DNA of 64,000 nucleotides from Parasitella parasitica NRRL 2501 (GCA_025201805.1 MU619326.1:66988-130987); one strand, 5' to 3'; shown: positions 1 through 13,226, counted from the first letter of the stretch. Numbers and translations: made by a program. Notes: a model not told the origin generated them from the sequence alone.

Positions 1-719
1 CGGCCTATTTCTGCAATTGCTGCTTAACACCCTAAATAACGAGGATTTACATAAAGATATAAAACCGGCAACTATTTCTTGCTTCGGAGACGTTGCTCAA
101 GCTCTAGGTCCTGATGTTTTGCCTTACGCCAATGTTTTAATGATGATATTACAGCAAGCTGGTAATACACAAGCTAGTCGAAATGACAAGGAAATGGTAA
201 CGCATGTGGATGCGATTCGGGTGAGCATCATGGAAGCATTTGTTGGTATATTACAAGGATTATCACAAGAAACATGCACGCGAGATGCATTTTTACCTCA
301 TGTGCATAGCTTTATGCTGTTTGTGCATTGCCTTGCCAAAGACAGTAATCGTTCAGATGCGCTAAACCGAGCTATATTGGGTCTATTAGGGTAAGTTTAC
401 TTTTTCTTGTTTATTCGATTATTATTTAGACATTCTGCTGGGATTGTTGTAGAGACGTTGCCAGAATCTATCAAGACCAGGTGCCAGCGTCCATGTTGGA
501 GCTTGTGTTTCATGATTTAACAAATGAAAATTTGAAAAATGACATTTTCTTGTCAAGCCGAACACATGAAATGGCTCAATGGGCTGAAAAGGTAGATGCC
601 ATAAAGCATATCTTTTGTAATCCAACACTCACTTACAGCATATAGATAATCTCATCTCGATTATTAAAAACTGTAAATTAACCCTCAATAAATATCAAGT
701 TTATCTCAGATCTGCGTAG
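1..719 (+). CDS. KAP95: Importin subunit beta-1 (karyopherin beta), 3' part only
   Basis: HEAT-repeat C-terminus 'IKPATISCFGDVAQALG...SIMEAFVGILQGL...AILGLLGD'; GT-AG intron from 392; last-exon boundary uncertain; 5' end outside the window. Confidence 0.85.
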
Positions 720-783
720 TTCAAGTTACTAGCATTTCTTTTTTCTTTTTCCCTATTGTTCTTTCTCGAGTCACTGTGAGCAA

Positions 784-2474
784 ATGTCGTTGAGCAAAGT
801 AATCAAATTACCTTCGCTGTTACAGAAGCTAGAGGAAGGTGGATACGACACGCTGGATCAAGTTAAGAAAGAGTGTCTTTCTTCATTGGCAAAAGGTAGG
901 TAGCTGCTACTCGAATTGCTTTAAAAGAAATTAAGAAAAAATAATCGAGAACTCGAGCTGAATAAAGAGGAAGTCAAAGCTGTCAGCAAATTTGGTGCTA
1001 AAGGTATTTATTTCAAGGGCTACAATCAACTCATGAGCCAACTCTTATACTAGGAGATAGTGCAGATAAAAAACAGATACATGGATCGCTTGCAATGGAA
1101 ATAGAAAGCAGTTTCACGACGGCAGTAAGGAATTTCGATCGCATGTTAGTGTATGGCATATCTCCCAAAAAAATCACAGAAATATGTGGCGAATCTGGCA
1201 CTGGAAAAACACAGTTATGGTAAACTGGATTGTGACAACAACAATTATGCAATATAATAATGATTTTTAGCATGCAAATGGCCGTTACAATACAACTCTC
1301 GAAATCGCAAGGTGGATCAGAAGGAGAATGCGTTTATATTGACACAGAAGGATCTTTTAATCCATCGAGAATACAGAAAATAGCAGAAAGGCTTGACCTA
1401 AAAGACCCATTAAAGGGAATTCATGTTTTCAGAATCTTGAATTACACAGAATTCGTAGCCATCATCATGCAATTGACAGAAATATTGACAAATCGAACAA
1501 AAGTCAAACTAATCATCATTGATTCAATGGCATATCATCTTCGTGTCAACACATTGACTTTTAGAGGTCGAATCGATTTTCTGAATTTCGCAGGTTACCA
1601 TTTGATTAAAATTGCAAAGGATTTGACTGTATCTGTAAGTGGTTTTGTTCGAGTACCATCATTTTTAGAGCGTAACAATTGGGTTTTCTTGAATAGATTG
1701 TCGTTACAAATCATGTTACAACAGACGGGACAAGCGGCACATGGACACCATCACTAGGGAATGAATGGGGAAACTGGTGTGCAAATCGCCTGTTCCTGTT
1801 TCGAAAACGAGAATTTAGATTTGGGCATTTGTTTAAATCCGTTGAAGAAATAGAAAGAGAAGATTCAATGCAGTTTTGTATAAAGGTAAATGACAGCAGT
1901 ATGCTAGCAATGCATATCTGATTGATGGTTCTTTCCAAAGGATAAAGGAGTATTTGATCCTGACAACGATCAAGTCTTAGTGGCATTTAAGAATGAAAAT
2001 GCTGAACAGTTGTTATCCTCGCAAGATCGGTTTGGTTCTCTATTACAAGGAGATGAATTAGAAATTTTGGCTCTTGAAAAAGAACTGGAAAAAATTAAAA
2101 AGCAAGAAAATGTTTGCGGAAAGCGCTCCTTAGAAGATGCTGGTGAGATGAGAAGTTACATTGATGATTATTTAAACGAGCACTGCACAAAATCAACAAG
2201 ATATGACGATCAGATACACATTTCTTCTCAACTAGCAACGGATGATCCCATTAATGTAAATAGCCGCCCGATGAACGACCCGATGCCATCCAGCTTTCAA
2301 CAAATCCCCAATGTAAATAATTCTAGTACAATACCCGGCTCTGACCATGATGATGATATTGATGATAACGAGATTAAGAATGACAAAATGAGCGAGGAGC
2401 CAAATTTTTGGGCCAGTGATGGAGAAGAAGAACGGGACCTCGACTTTTTGGCCAATATCCAAAGCTATTTCTGA
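784..2474 (+). CDS. RAD51C: RAD51 paralog (RAD51C-like) with acidic C-terminal tail; multi-exon
   Basis: Walker A 'ITEICGESGTGKTQL', 'VYIDTEGSF', Walker B 'LIIIDS', 'PSLGNEWGNWCANRL'; ATG at 784. Confidence 0.85.
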
Positions 2475-2631
2475 ATTATTGTTCAAGTCTTTTTACTACC
2501 AGTTGGTACCATCAGTTGGGTGGGTTACATATGTCACCAGTGATGCATGGATGAAGCGATATTTTCAATATTTTTTTTCTTTGAAGAGTGATATTGTATT
2601 TTATAAATAATGTGATAAAAAAACTTGACAT

Positions 2632-3686
2632 TTACTTGCGAGAAGATCTCTTCTTGATCTTGGGAGATGTCTTTTTGGGGCTGTTCAAATTAAGATGGTG
2701 CTCAGGAATCCATGATTGATCCAAAACCATCTCGCCCTTTTCGTCACGGTGAGTAGGACGTTCAGTAGACTCCTCAATTTTCTTTGTCTAATGAATTTAT
2801 AAGCTATCACATCCCAACCCTCTTTATTATACACTACCTTCTTGGAATTCTTCTTAGTGTCTGCAAAGAAGGCTTCACGAATGATATAGGCAACACCACC
2901 AGCAGCAGCAAAGAGAACACCATATAGAACAAGACTACCAATTCAAATTCAGCCCTCAGATCTACCACTAAAAGCCTATACTTACAGTTGAGCATCAAAC
3001 CAAGAACCCTCTGGGTCAGTAACAGTGATTGTTCCATTATAACCAACAACACGAGTGACAGTTTTCTGTAATAATACTTGTTAATCTCCCATTATGACAG
3101 GCGATCTGTGCGCTTCAATACTTACATCAACCAATAAATCAACAAAAACAGTTAGGCCATGTTCTCCAGGAGCATATTCAGAGTAAAAGTTGTAAGGAAT
3201 TTGAAGGTTTTTACCAGCTTCAAGTGTCTTCCCATAACGAGTCGCTGTCAACTAGGTTTCATCAAACGCATTAAACGAAAAGAACCCGATATATCACAAT
3301 ATTATTCTACTTACATTACGAACAACCTTGGTATAATCATCAGCCTTGTATACTTGACCAGTAACAGCAAAGACGGTGTAAGGAGTCTTTTCCTTGTTGA
3401 CAATGTCTAAAACTACCTTGTTGCGTTGACCATTGACAATCACTAACATAATACATCATTATTTGCGCCACCTTGAGATAAACTATGCTCAACTTACGAC
3501 CAAAAGGATTGTCGGGAAATTGGGCAGTAACTTCGATGTTTGTAGAAGTAGTTTCGCCAGATTGAGCAGAAACTAATGGGACGTGATTAGACTATATGAT
3601 TGAGTCCCTACGCGTTTATGATTTATCTTACCGATACCAGCAACGAATGCCAAACCAAGAGCCAAAAGAGATGAAATTCTAGCCAT
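2632..3686 (-). CDS. SSR1: Translocon-associated protein alpha (TRAP-alpha); multi-exon
   Basis: Signal peptide MARISSLLALGLAFVAG, 'FPDNPFG..VNGQRNK', one TM segment, C-terminal 'WIPEHHL' and basic tail. Confidence 0.85.
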
Positions 3687-5299
3687 TACCACAAAATAGA
3701 ATCAAGTTTAGAAATAGATGAAAAAGGAAGATTTACAAATCACTTGGCAGGTTTTTAAAGACATGAAAAATGTTTGTTCATTAATGATTGGTTATTATTA
3801 GGTTATTGCGGTTTGACCACTGAAAGGAAAACGGAGTAAAGATTTGATTTGAAAGATTCAAATGGGGGACCACACTTTGAAAGATTTTGATCTACTATTC
3901 TCTTCATTATGGTATCTCTTTTGAGCACACTTTGATTGGAAGAATAACGTGAAATCTACATTAAACAGAAACTTGGATATCTTTAATAAACCATGTTATC
4001 TCTTACCTGATCTAGTGAAAAATATATAATGATTCATGTATCCTTTTTGAAATCAGTAAATCGATCATAAAAAATGGTGGTTTTTATTGCCATCAACCAA
4101 GGAAAAGCCCCTCATTTATCTTGGAGAAGCCAACAGATATACAAAACTTTATCAGCCTAGAACCTGGTTATGTCTCTATTTGATGATGTGGTGCTGAAAG
4201 GTAATCACTCGTTTAAGATCATTGGCTACATGAACAAAGCAAACGGCGTATCAAGTCCTTTAGCATAGCAAAAAAAAAAAAAGGGAAACTCTAGCCCTCT
4301 TGGTATAAAACTGCCCGAAATATTTCATACTGACAAATGCCATCGGTAATCAACGCTTTCTCGAAGAAGCCATCCCTTCCCTTGTTGAAGATGGTGTTCC
4401 CATCACACGATCCATAAAAAAGAGCATATCCTCTATACTGTAACGGTATAGCAAGCTAAATTCCGAAAGAAGAAACAGATGATTTTGGTTATTTTTTATG
4501 ACAATTTATAAATCGCAATGTCACTTACCCACCAGTATTAAAAGGTCAAAACCAAAGATGCCTTGCTGCTGTCTGAGTTGTTGATTTTGCTGCTGCAACT
4601 GAAAAGATATTGCATTTAACAGGGAGTTGTAGTGAGAGTTTTGCCCAAATTCTTGGTAGTGATTGTTGTTGATTGTATGCATCATGAAAGTAAATTGGCT
4701 GTGCAAGGGCTGAGTAGTCCGCAAGACTGACTGATCTGAAATTTGTTCTTCTTAATTATTAATAGCAATAAAGCGTCTTTTGAGACCATTCAAAGCGAAT
4801 GACAAAGAACAAGGTTAAATGCCAAAAAAAAAAAGTGGTCGATGTGTATTTTTTCAATTGAATAAATTGAAAATGTGAAGATATATACATGGTTACTAAA
4901 TTCAGGGCTCTAATAATGAACGAGATTTCGTGGCAAGTCAGGACGTTTCAAATGCAGGAAATATTCAGTGTCTTTCACTCGATATTATTATCACTCACTC
5001 ATTTACCTTTTAAATTTAGAAGTTTTTGATTTTTTTTCAATTTTTTCATTGATTGAAAAAAAAAATACAACTACCAAATTTTATTTTAATGATGCACGAT
5101 ACAGTAACGGTATTAGGTGTTTTTTTTTTCTACATTCGGTATTCTTGATATGGTGCTACCTGCTGTAAGGGTTCTTCAAGATGTCCCTTAAGTGCTTCTG
5201 CTTTAGCCTTCAAAATTCCTAAATCAACATTAGGCTCCCCCACTAGGCATAACAACATGGCTCCAATATTAGTAATAATAACAACCCCTTCCTATCAAT

Positions 5300-6153
5300 A
5301 ATTAGTCCATTTGTATCGTGCTGTGATCGTTTAGTCTTACATCGCAATGTAAAATTTGGAGCTGCAGGTTGGTGTATATATTACTATTCTTTTTTTTGTA
5401 TGTATTCCAGATATTTGCTGATATAGCAGAGTAAATCGAGGCGTCCTTGTCATTATCTGCAGCAAAAGATATTAAAGAGCCTTCGCTGGTCATAATTCTG
5501 TGTGTGTGTTTTTCAAGAAAAAGGACTCAGTATTAAAGCGTTCTTGCAAATCACTGTGAATACTTTACAAAGCGGCTTTGATTCCATTATGAAGCGACTG
5601 TCGTAACACTTGAGATATAACCTTGGGTTTAAGCATTATATAAAAAAGTGAAAGAAAAACCCCTCTTCTTCATGTCCTCCAACGGCGATTTAATAATGTC
5701 CCTATGACCAAGATCTATGCAAGCTACTAAAATAGATCGAAATGAAGTGGATGAATGGCTTTGGCGTGGATAACATTGAGGATTATTTCTTTATGAATTA
5801 CAATTCTTTACAAGGACAGTTAATAAAGAGACTACAAGTGATTATATAACAGGGGACGTGAGCACTTTCTTAATGATTGAAAAAGGAAGCCTGGATTGCT
5901 CTGATCCTGGTTTTTGAAATCTTCATACGATTATATTTGAATGCAGTGTCAAAATTGTAATTCCCAATTCCACTGTACCTAACATTGACAACATGCATTT
6001 GCAATCAGTTTGATAGAAAGAGGATACTCTTTTAACATTTATTAAGATCCAAAGGCACATTCCATCAGCAATGACTTTCAATCGCAATCCGTCTCCTTCT
6101 GCTGTTGGAAACATAGGTCGTCGACGATTTGGATAAATTGCATAGTTGTTCAT
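5300..6153 (-). pseudogene. Degenerate coding remnant, possibly of a repetitive/TE-associated Mucorales family
   Basis: Short broken ORFs (5923-6153 '...RLKVIADG', 5302-5493); no intact gene model. Confidence 0.2.
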
Positions 6154-6456
6154 CTCAGTAATGAGAACTCCATCTTAAACTAAAAAACTTAAAAGTTTAT
6201 TTTTGGTAGTTAATTTTCGAAATGTTAAAGAAGAGGCGCTTGTTTATGAAATGATAAACGTTGCTTTGAAACACTTACTCAATGTCCTGCATTTAAAATG
6301 ACACTCATCTTCCCAATGAGACCGTATGATGCGCTAAACAAACTATTTACTCTTGCAGATACGATATTAATTATTTTTGCATACAACAAGATATATGATA
6401 TGCTTAAAAAAACATAAATACCCACCTTGATCTCCATCTTTTTCACTTTCTTTCAC

Positions 6457-6503
6457 TATTTTCACAGTATTTTCACAGTATTTTTATAATATTTTTATAG
6501 TAT
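6457..6503. repeat. Degenerate 11-bp tandem repeat (TATTTTCACAG-like, ~4 copies)
   Basis: tattttcacag tattttcacag tatttttataa tatttttatag. Confidence 0.7.
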
Positions 6504-7199
6504 CTTCATGATGTCTGATCATATACCTCAGTGATCATACGCTATCGTAGAAGCAATACTACTATCGGGAATGTAGCCATATATTATACACATGTGTAGC
6601 ATAGATTGTACAATCTTATTAGAAGACACTACCACCTAATAAAACTTATATCACATTCAAAATCAATCCAAAAATTATACATGTCAGTGTTTAACTAGCA
6701 TTCCAACTTCCCATTACCTTCCAATATAAAAATTTATTATGAGTCTTGTTACTTAAACAGAAACACATACTGTATATTACTGGTTCATTGATCTTAAAAC
6801 ATCTAAATATGCATGGGGTACACCAACAATAAACAAAAATATATCAGATACCAAAATATCTTCCATATCTTATGTATCTTATGTAAATCAAGTCCATATA
6901 CCACCAAACTTGTATGCAGTACTCGCCTACGTTACCTCTACTCCTCTGTACAGTTTCGTGTAAGAATGGTGTTTCTATCCAGAGTAATCAGTAAAAAGCT
7001 GCGACTTTGTACTGAGTTTGCTGCGAAATACGACAATATTGGCCATAACATACCATCTAAGAGACATCCAAAGCTGCAAAATAGGTTTCTGAATCCACAA
7101 AAGCTGCCACTATCTTCTCCCCGTCATTACGTGTAAAGATGACATGTATATTCAGCGTAATCGGCAAAAAGCTGCCATGTTGAGTAAGAAAAAGTGCGT

Positions 7200-7583
7200 T
7201 AATTCCCATACATACCGTCCTCCGGAAGCAGCTTCTGGTTTCCTCAGCCACCATTACAACAATTGTCGTATCTCAATCTGCTCATTATATATATTCGTGC
7301 CTCTCAGCCTTTCCTCCCCATGCCATGTTTGATTCATGCTATGTGGATGCTCTTAATTGTTTAACTTTACCTTTTCGTGAAATACTTATGCGGTCTGTAC
7401 CTACTGATCATCCTTCTTTTCCTAGCTTTAGACATCCGGATCTAGTTTTACAACGCTACCCTACCGCCAAAAAGCTTCTTGTAAGCGATGTGTTCTACTT
7501 TGATTCTGAGTCCTAGGTGCTTCGTGTTCAATCTTCCTTCCACCATCCCATCGCCGCAACGTTCACCGGGGTCACCCTCCCGT
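7200..7583 (+). mobile_element. Probable LINE (non-LTR) ORF2 post-RT remnant
   Basis: Fragment 'FDSCYVDALNCLTLPFREIL...LLVSDVFYFDSES' recalls the post-RT region of Mucorales L1-like ORF2 (from memory); frame-broken. Confidence 0.4.
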
Positions 7584-8033
7584 TGTCGTGATCGGGTCCC
7601 GCTCAACAGCATCCGCTACTTGAAACAAGTCTCCTCCCAGTCCTCAGCGCCTCCCGCGAACCCTCCACTTCAACCCTCTCGGAGGCGAATCTTCTCCACT
7701 CTTTGCAACAACACTTACTTTGCTCTCCTCCTCCTCAAGATCGTGATACCTCACTCCCTTTCACTGATCTCTCGTTTCATCGACTCTTTGCTGTCACTTT
7801 TGGCAGACATATTGGCGCTGGGTCTTTGGCTGAACCCCTTTTCTCTCAACCTCAGTAACACATCGTCTTACTCGCTCTCTGAATCGTCTGGATGCCGAAT
7901 TAGAACTAGATTCGTAAGTATTTAGCTATAAGTTGATTTCTTCTTGTACTATTTCTTTTCTTTATTTTCCTTCATGCCTTTCTCGTCCCCTCCCCCTTTA
8001 AATACCCAATCTTTTCTATCACTCATTACGACA
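7584..8033 (-). mobile_element. Solo-LTR-like element (450 bp)
   Basis: TG...CA ends with 9-bp terminal inverted repeat TGTCGTGAT/ATTACGACA (1 mismatch); minus-strand TATTTAAA (7997-8004) then AATAAA (7961-7966); GC-richer than flanks; no TSD. Confidence 0.65.
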
Positions 8034-8705
8034 TCTAAAGGACTTGAAATAAAAACCGGAGCGCGACTCGAGTACAAACAAAAACTTTATGAAATAATGG
8101 AAATAATATCTATGCAGCGCACCGAAGATATTGCCCTTGTTATCTTGATTGTTATGGCACATAATTCCAGTATTAATGTACAGTTTCACAACAGTGACAT
8201 CTCGTAAAGGGGAGTATATAGTACGCAGGTGTGTTCTCTTCTGATTGATGGTATCAAAACCAGAAAACATCTCACTTCTCATCTTTCGCACGCTCAACTG
8301 CCTACGTAGCGTTGGTACATGGGAAGCTGCATTGATTTTTTTCGTTAGCGCTCTATCTATCAATGCCTTTATTAGTCTATTTCGGTGGCAAAGACCTGTC
8401 AGACACTTTAATTTCACTACTTCGACTCGAAGTTTTTTGTTTTTATGCAGCTGTCTTGGCATGTCAAATGATCGAAAAATATCCAGATGTATTTTTTTAG
8501 AGAAATCTAATTGATAAAGTCTTGAGTGGCCAAAGTGTCATTTGCAGCTATAGCTATGTGAATTAAAAAAACATTCATACATTTAGGATATTACTCGACA
8601 AATTGCATAAGCCACTTGCGGAAGTTCACGCTGTCTTTTACTTTTTTGTCGAGATTTTCAATCATTTCCTCTGCTCATTTGTACATAAGACATATATTTT
8701 ACAAC

Positions 8706-9155
8706 ATGGGGAAAATTCAAAAGAAAGGTGAGTTTTGAAAAGCTCAAGCGGCACTGGATTTCTTCTAGGAAAATACTTATGAATAGGATTAGCTGAAAAG
8801 AAAAAGAGTGCATCTAAATACGCTAACGCAGAATATGAACCCCAAAATGGTATGGGCAGATGTGTAAAATCTATCCATTGCAGTATTATCAAACTTATTT
8901 ATTACTTGCTTACTAGCTAAAGAGCGTATTGAGCATGAATTACATCTACTCAACGTTCGCAAACAAGCCATGGCAAGCACCAACAAGCCCACAGTACATA
9001 AAGTGAAAAAGGCAACTATAAAGAGAGGTACCAATGCAAAGAAACAGAAGAAATTAGCTAGAGCCCTCATGGTCGCAGACAAAGAAGAAAAACGAATGGA
9101 ATTAGCACAAGTCAAAGCTGAGAAACGTAAAATTGGAAAGCAACTTTGGGATTAA
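8706..9155 (+). CDS. Small basic protein, Alb1/Ecm1-like pre-60S factor; 3 exons
   Basis: Spliced MGKIQKK|AEKKKSASKY...|AKERIEH...KKQKKLARALMVADKEEKR...KRKIGKQLWD; Lys-rich, C-terminal W-D; family assignment tentative. Confidence 0.65.
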
Positions 9156-9183
9156 AGCCCTTGTGGTTTTATTTTTTTGCGAT

Positions 9184-11465
9184 TTATGATCCAAGACCTC
9201 TACCTTTTTTACGAATAATTGCTTCAATAGGTGCAATAATACCATCACTCTTAGATCCTAATGCTTCCCCTTGCTTCCAACTATACGAATGAACGATGAA
9301 TGAATAAATTGCAAAATACTGCATCTACATTTACTTACCCCATTGCTGCGAGCATGCGATGTCCAACATTGGATTCACTGATAGGAGCAGCATCAAAGGC
9401 AACAATTGTGCCATGAGAAGGTCCAGCAGGGAATTGGGTATCCCCTCGTTTATGTTTTGATGTCGATGTATCGCTGTTTTTCTTGGTGCCATTGATAATT
9501 TTCTTTCTACCCTTTTGGTTTCCCTTGGCATTGTTTTTACCTATTATGCGATTTTGTTCGCCCATATTAGTTTGAATATCCAATAAGTAACGACTTATGT
9601 ATCGACGATCATCAGGAATATAGGTTGTAGGCGTTTTTGTAACAATTGTGCACCTTGAACCACCACCACCTGCACTTTTTGATTTGAGATTATATGCTGC
9701 AGCAAGAACATGAAGCTGTCTTCTAACATGCGTTGCCATAGGAGCGAATTGAAAGCTACTGATACTATCATCTTGGATAAAATCACGGATACGTCTAAAC
9801 ACCACAGTATTAGTTGAACAAAAGATAGTTGAAATAATCCACAAACGACTTACTCGTCAATTTTTGCCATTTGGTTTGTAAGATCTTGGTCTTCCATGTC
9901 TTTGGCTTCCCGCTTGCCATTCTTTTTCTCCTTTCTATGGGCTTTGGCTTCGTCTCTTTTCTTCTTCTTTTCTTTACGCTGCTGTTTTTCAAACCATCTT
10001 CTCATACCAGGTCGTAATCCTGGTGGGACATCAGCTAATGCTGCCTTTAATGTTTGTCCGAAAATCTCTGGATCAACTATTGAATTGTCGTCTCGATTAC
10101 GATGACCGACTTTCTTGGACATATCTTCATTGACGGGAACGCCCATTTTTTTTGTGAGCTTCAGTTTCCCTTCTTCCAGTAATGGGTTTTCTCTTGCAGA
10201 GGCTCTATTTGGAATGTAAAAATCATGCGGATGACTTCCATCTTCATCCTCATCTTCATCCTGGTCTAACTCAATTTCGAGATTACCCTCTTGCATCGCA
10301 GACCAAGCTAACAACCCATCTAAATCTTCTTCATCTTCTTCGTCTTCTAAAATAATTCTTTCCATATAATCACTCATGATAAGCATGTCTTCTTCTTGTA
10401 ATTCGTCTTCTGTATCATCAATATCTTCAAAATAGTCATCATCGGACGCTATATCTTCGTCAACATTTTGGTCAGATATAGCTAGGCCGATCTCTTCATA
10501 GGATATACGTGTATCAGCTATATCTGAGCCACCAGACATTTCAGTAGGGATGTCAACATCTTCTTCACCAGACGAGGAAACTATTTGTAAACTATTTTCC
10601 AAAGGTTGCTTGGCTTTGACGATTTTCGACATGTCTGTAACAATTGCTGCGGCCTTGAGGTCAGCAGAAAAATGGTTTGCTTCTACAGAAACATCATCAT
10701 GTATTGGGTTGTTTCCTTTCAGGATCCCCCACAATTCCTCCTTGGCCAGTAATTTTTCATCTTGCAAAGATAAATTGGACATGGATGTTTCTAACACCGT
10801 ATTTTGTTCAATTGATGTATCTTCGGTTTCTACATGAAAGCGCTAAGTGCATATTCATTGAAAATATATATATATATATATATATAACCACCATATCTTA
10901 CCTTTCGTTAAATCAATCGATGAAGATGATTTCGTGAATAAAACTGTTTTCAAATACTTTGATTTGCCAGTAGCAAATTGTTGATTCGACATGGCCGCGA
11001 CATTCTGTTGACTCGAAGAACCTAATCCAGCACGATCCATAGCATCTTCATATTTTTCATCGTAGTTGGAGCCGTAAGATTGTCTTGCCTCTTTTACAAA
11101 CCCGAAATTGCTCTTCTTTTGACGATGCTTGCCACTGACTCCTATTCACAATATATCAGAAGCCCGTTCGTTTGTGTATCAAACCTATTTATCAAATTTT
11201 TACTTTTATGAGGCACAAACTGTCTAGCTTCTATCTCAGAGTCAGCTTCATCGCTGCTGAATTCACCATATATTCTGAAGTCGTCGCTGAATTCATCGGC
11301 ATTAGAGCGGGTACGATAAACATAACCGATAGCAGAGGGAATAAGTTCTCTGTTGCAACCTCTCCCACCACCACCGATGATTCCTCGGCCTCTTCCACGG
11401 CCACCTCTGGCGCAAGCACCTCCACGTCTTCCTCGTCCATTTCCTCTTTTTCCATGACGAGGCAT
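9184..11465 (-). CDS. SQS1: R3H + G-patch domain protein (Sqs1/Pfa1-like)
   Basis: RGG N-terminus, acidic middle, R3H 'RRQLHVLAAAYNLKSKSAG', G-patch 'SNVGHRMLAAMGWKQGEALG...GIIAPI'. Confidence 0.85.
10864..10886. repeat. (TA)n microsatellite in an SQS1 intron
   Basis: ~11 AT units. Confidence 0.9.
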
Positions 11466-11798
11466 TTGTTAATGTAGTTTCAAGTAAAGCAAGGAAGGTA
11501 TTTGATTACTTTTCGCATTTATTTATTGACTTATGAGCAAGTAAAACGAGTGACATTGAAAGCCAGTTGCCATGAAATCTAAGCAATGCCGCAGCATTCC
11601 TCCAAGTAAGCACTCCCATTTGAGGAAGAAATCAGTCAGCCCTACAATCACATCGAAGGGTTTGTGTGCTGGGAGGTCAACTCTCCAATAGCTGGACTGT
11701 ATATTTCATCCGGTCCGGATGCAATTCATCAAGCAAAGACTATCAATGGAAAAATTTTGTCTCCAACACAACTACTCTCCAACTTTTCAACCAGCAGT

Positions 11799-12514
11799 AT
11801 GACCGAACAAAAGACTGATAAGGCTATTATCACCTATTGTGTTGAACATGCAAAGACTCAGCAATCTAAATGTGCTGCTTGCGATAAAACTATCCCCCAC
11901 AAATCGCTTCGTGTAGCCGAGATTATTAGAAAGAGCAAAAAGGCCAAAAAGATTGCTGCCAAACACACATGGTATCATTTCAAATGCTTCAAAGGTAGTT
12001 GATTGCTAGATATATTTTATCAGAAAGAAGGCTAATCCACTAAATAGTACCTGAGCTATTGACTCGTGTGCCGATTGAACAATTCAGAGGATATCCAGCT
12101 TTAAACGAAAAGGAAAAAGCTCGTGTACAAAAAGTGATCCAAAGCGGGATAGGATCGTCTTGGGCTGACTTGATGGAAAAGGCCAAGCCCATCAAGACAG
12201 AAGAAGAATTACAGGCTGATAAAGAAGAACAACTCAAGAAAGACAAAAAGAAAAAGGACGATGAAGACAGCATGAATATGGATATGACCGAAATTTTGAC
12301 AGGCACTCAACAAAAGTCAAACAAATCAAATACCAAAAAGGCGCAAGAGAAGGGCCAGAATAACAAGCTGAAGCCCAAGACTGATGCAAAATCCAAAGTT
12401 ACCAAAAAGAAGGCTACTGCTGCTGCTGCTATTCAGACAAAGCAAGTTGTCCTTCCCAAAGAAGATTTATTAGAATTACAAAACTTTGCAAAGGAATTCA
12501 GTGCGTTCAAATAA
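11799..12514 (+). CDS. Stand-alone PARP-type zinc finger protein (Hpz1-like); 2 exons
   Basis: 'YCVEHAKTQQSKCAACDKTIPHKSLRV...WYHFKCF' zf-PARP CxxC/HxxC, then 'FRGYPALNEKEK' and Lys-rich tail. Confidence 0.85.
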
Positions 12515-12543
12515 TTATATGTATATGTATGTACAAGCAGAGA

Positions 12544-13226
12544 TTATTTACGACGCACAATCTCCCAGCCATCCTCGTCGACGAGCGGTTCATCAGGCAC
12601 ATCGTCCATATCGTCGTCTTGGTCGTCATTACCCTTTTGAAAAAAATAAACATTAGACATGCAGAAACCATAATACATTTGATGCAATCATACGTTGTTG
12701 GCATCCTTTTGATAATCAGCATCGTTATTGTCACTATCAGCATCTTCCTCTCCTTGTTGTTTGACACAGCTCGAGGTTGAGCTTGTGTTTTGTGTCTTTG
12801 TTTTTTCACGAAGACGTTCCACTTCTTTGAAATCTCCTTTGACACATTGTTCATACAATGACACTAAATGCTTGGCCACTAAATATGGAGAGTCATCCTC
12901 AAGCGTAACGTTGAATTCATCAGTCATGATCTGATACAGGATGTCCTCTACTTCCTCAATGTCCAGTTTCTTACCAACTATGGTTGTATGCGGTTAGTAT
13001 CAGTACTCGGCCGAATGGGAATCCACCTACGCTTGCCAAAATGATCAACAATAGTATCAATAAACCACTCTCTTTTCTCAACAGACTCAACGCCTCCCCA
13101 ATCCTGCTCAACAGCAAGCTTTAGTGCAGTCCAGTTATGAAATATGTACGATGTGCCTTCTTCAAAGGCTATTTTGTTGGGATGCTCTGCTGCCATGGAT
13201 GTGTCTGAAGAGAGATTCGCCATCAT
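12544..13226 (-). CDS. TSR2: Pre-rRNA-processing protein TSR2
   Basis: WGG domain 'WTALKLAVEQDWGG', 'DEFNVTLEDDS', C-terminal 'DEDGWEIVRRK'. Confidence 0.92.

Noticed and set aside
6457-6503. Short repeats as a CRISPR-like array
   Set aside because: No spacers, eukaryotic context; simple minisatellite
8019-8670. 147-aa minus ORF as a real gene
   Set aside because: No recognisable domain, trial splicing to an upstream ATG hits stops, and it lies in a TE-rich patch
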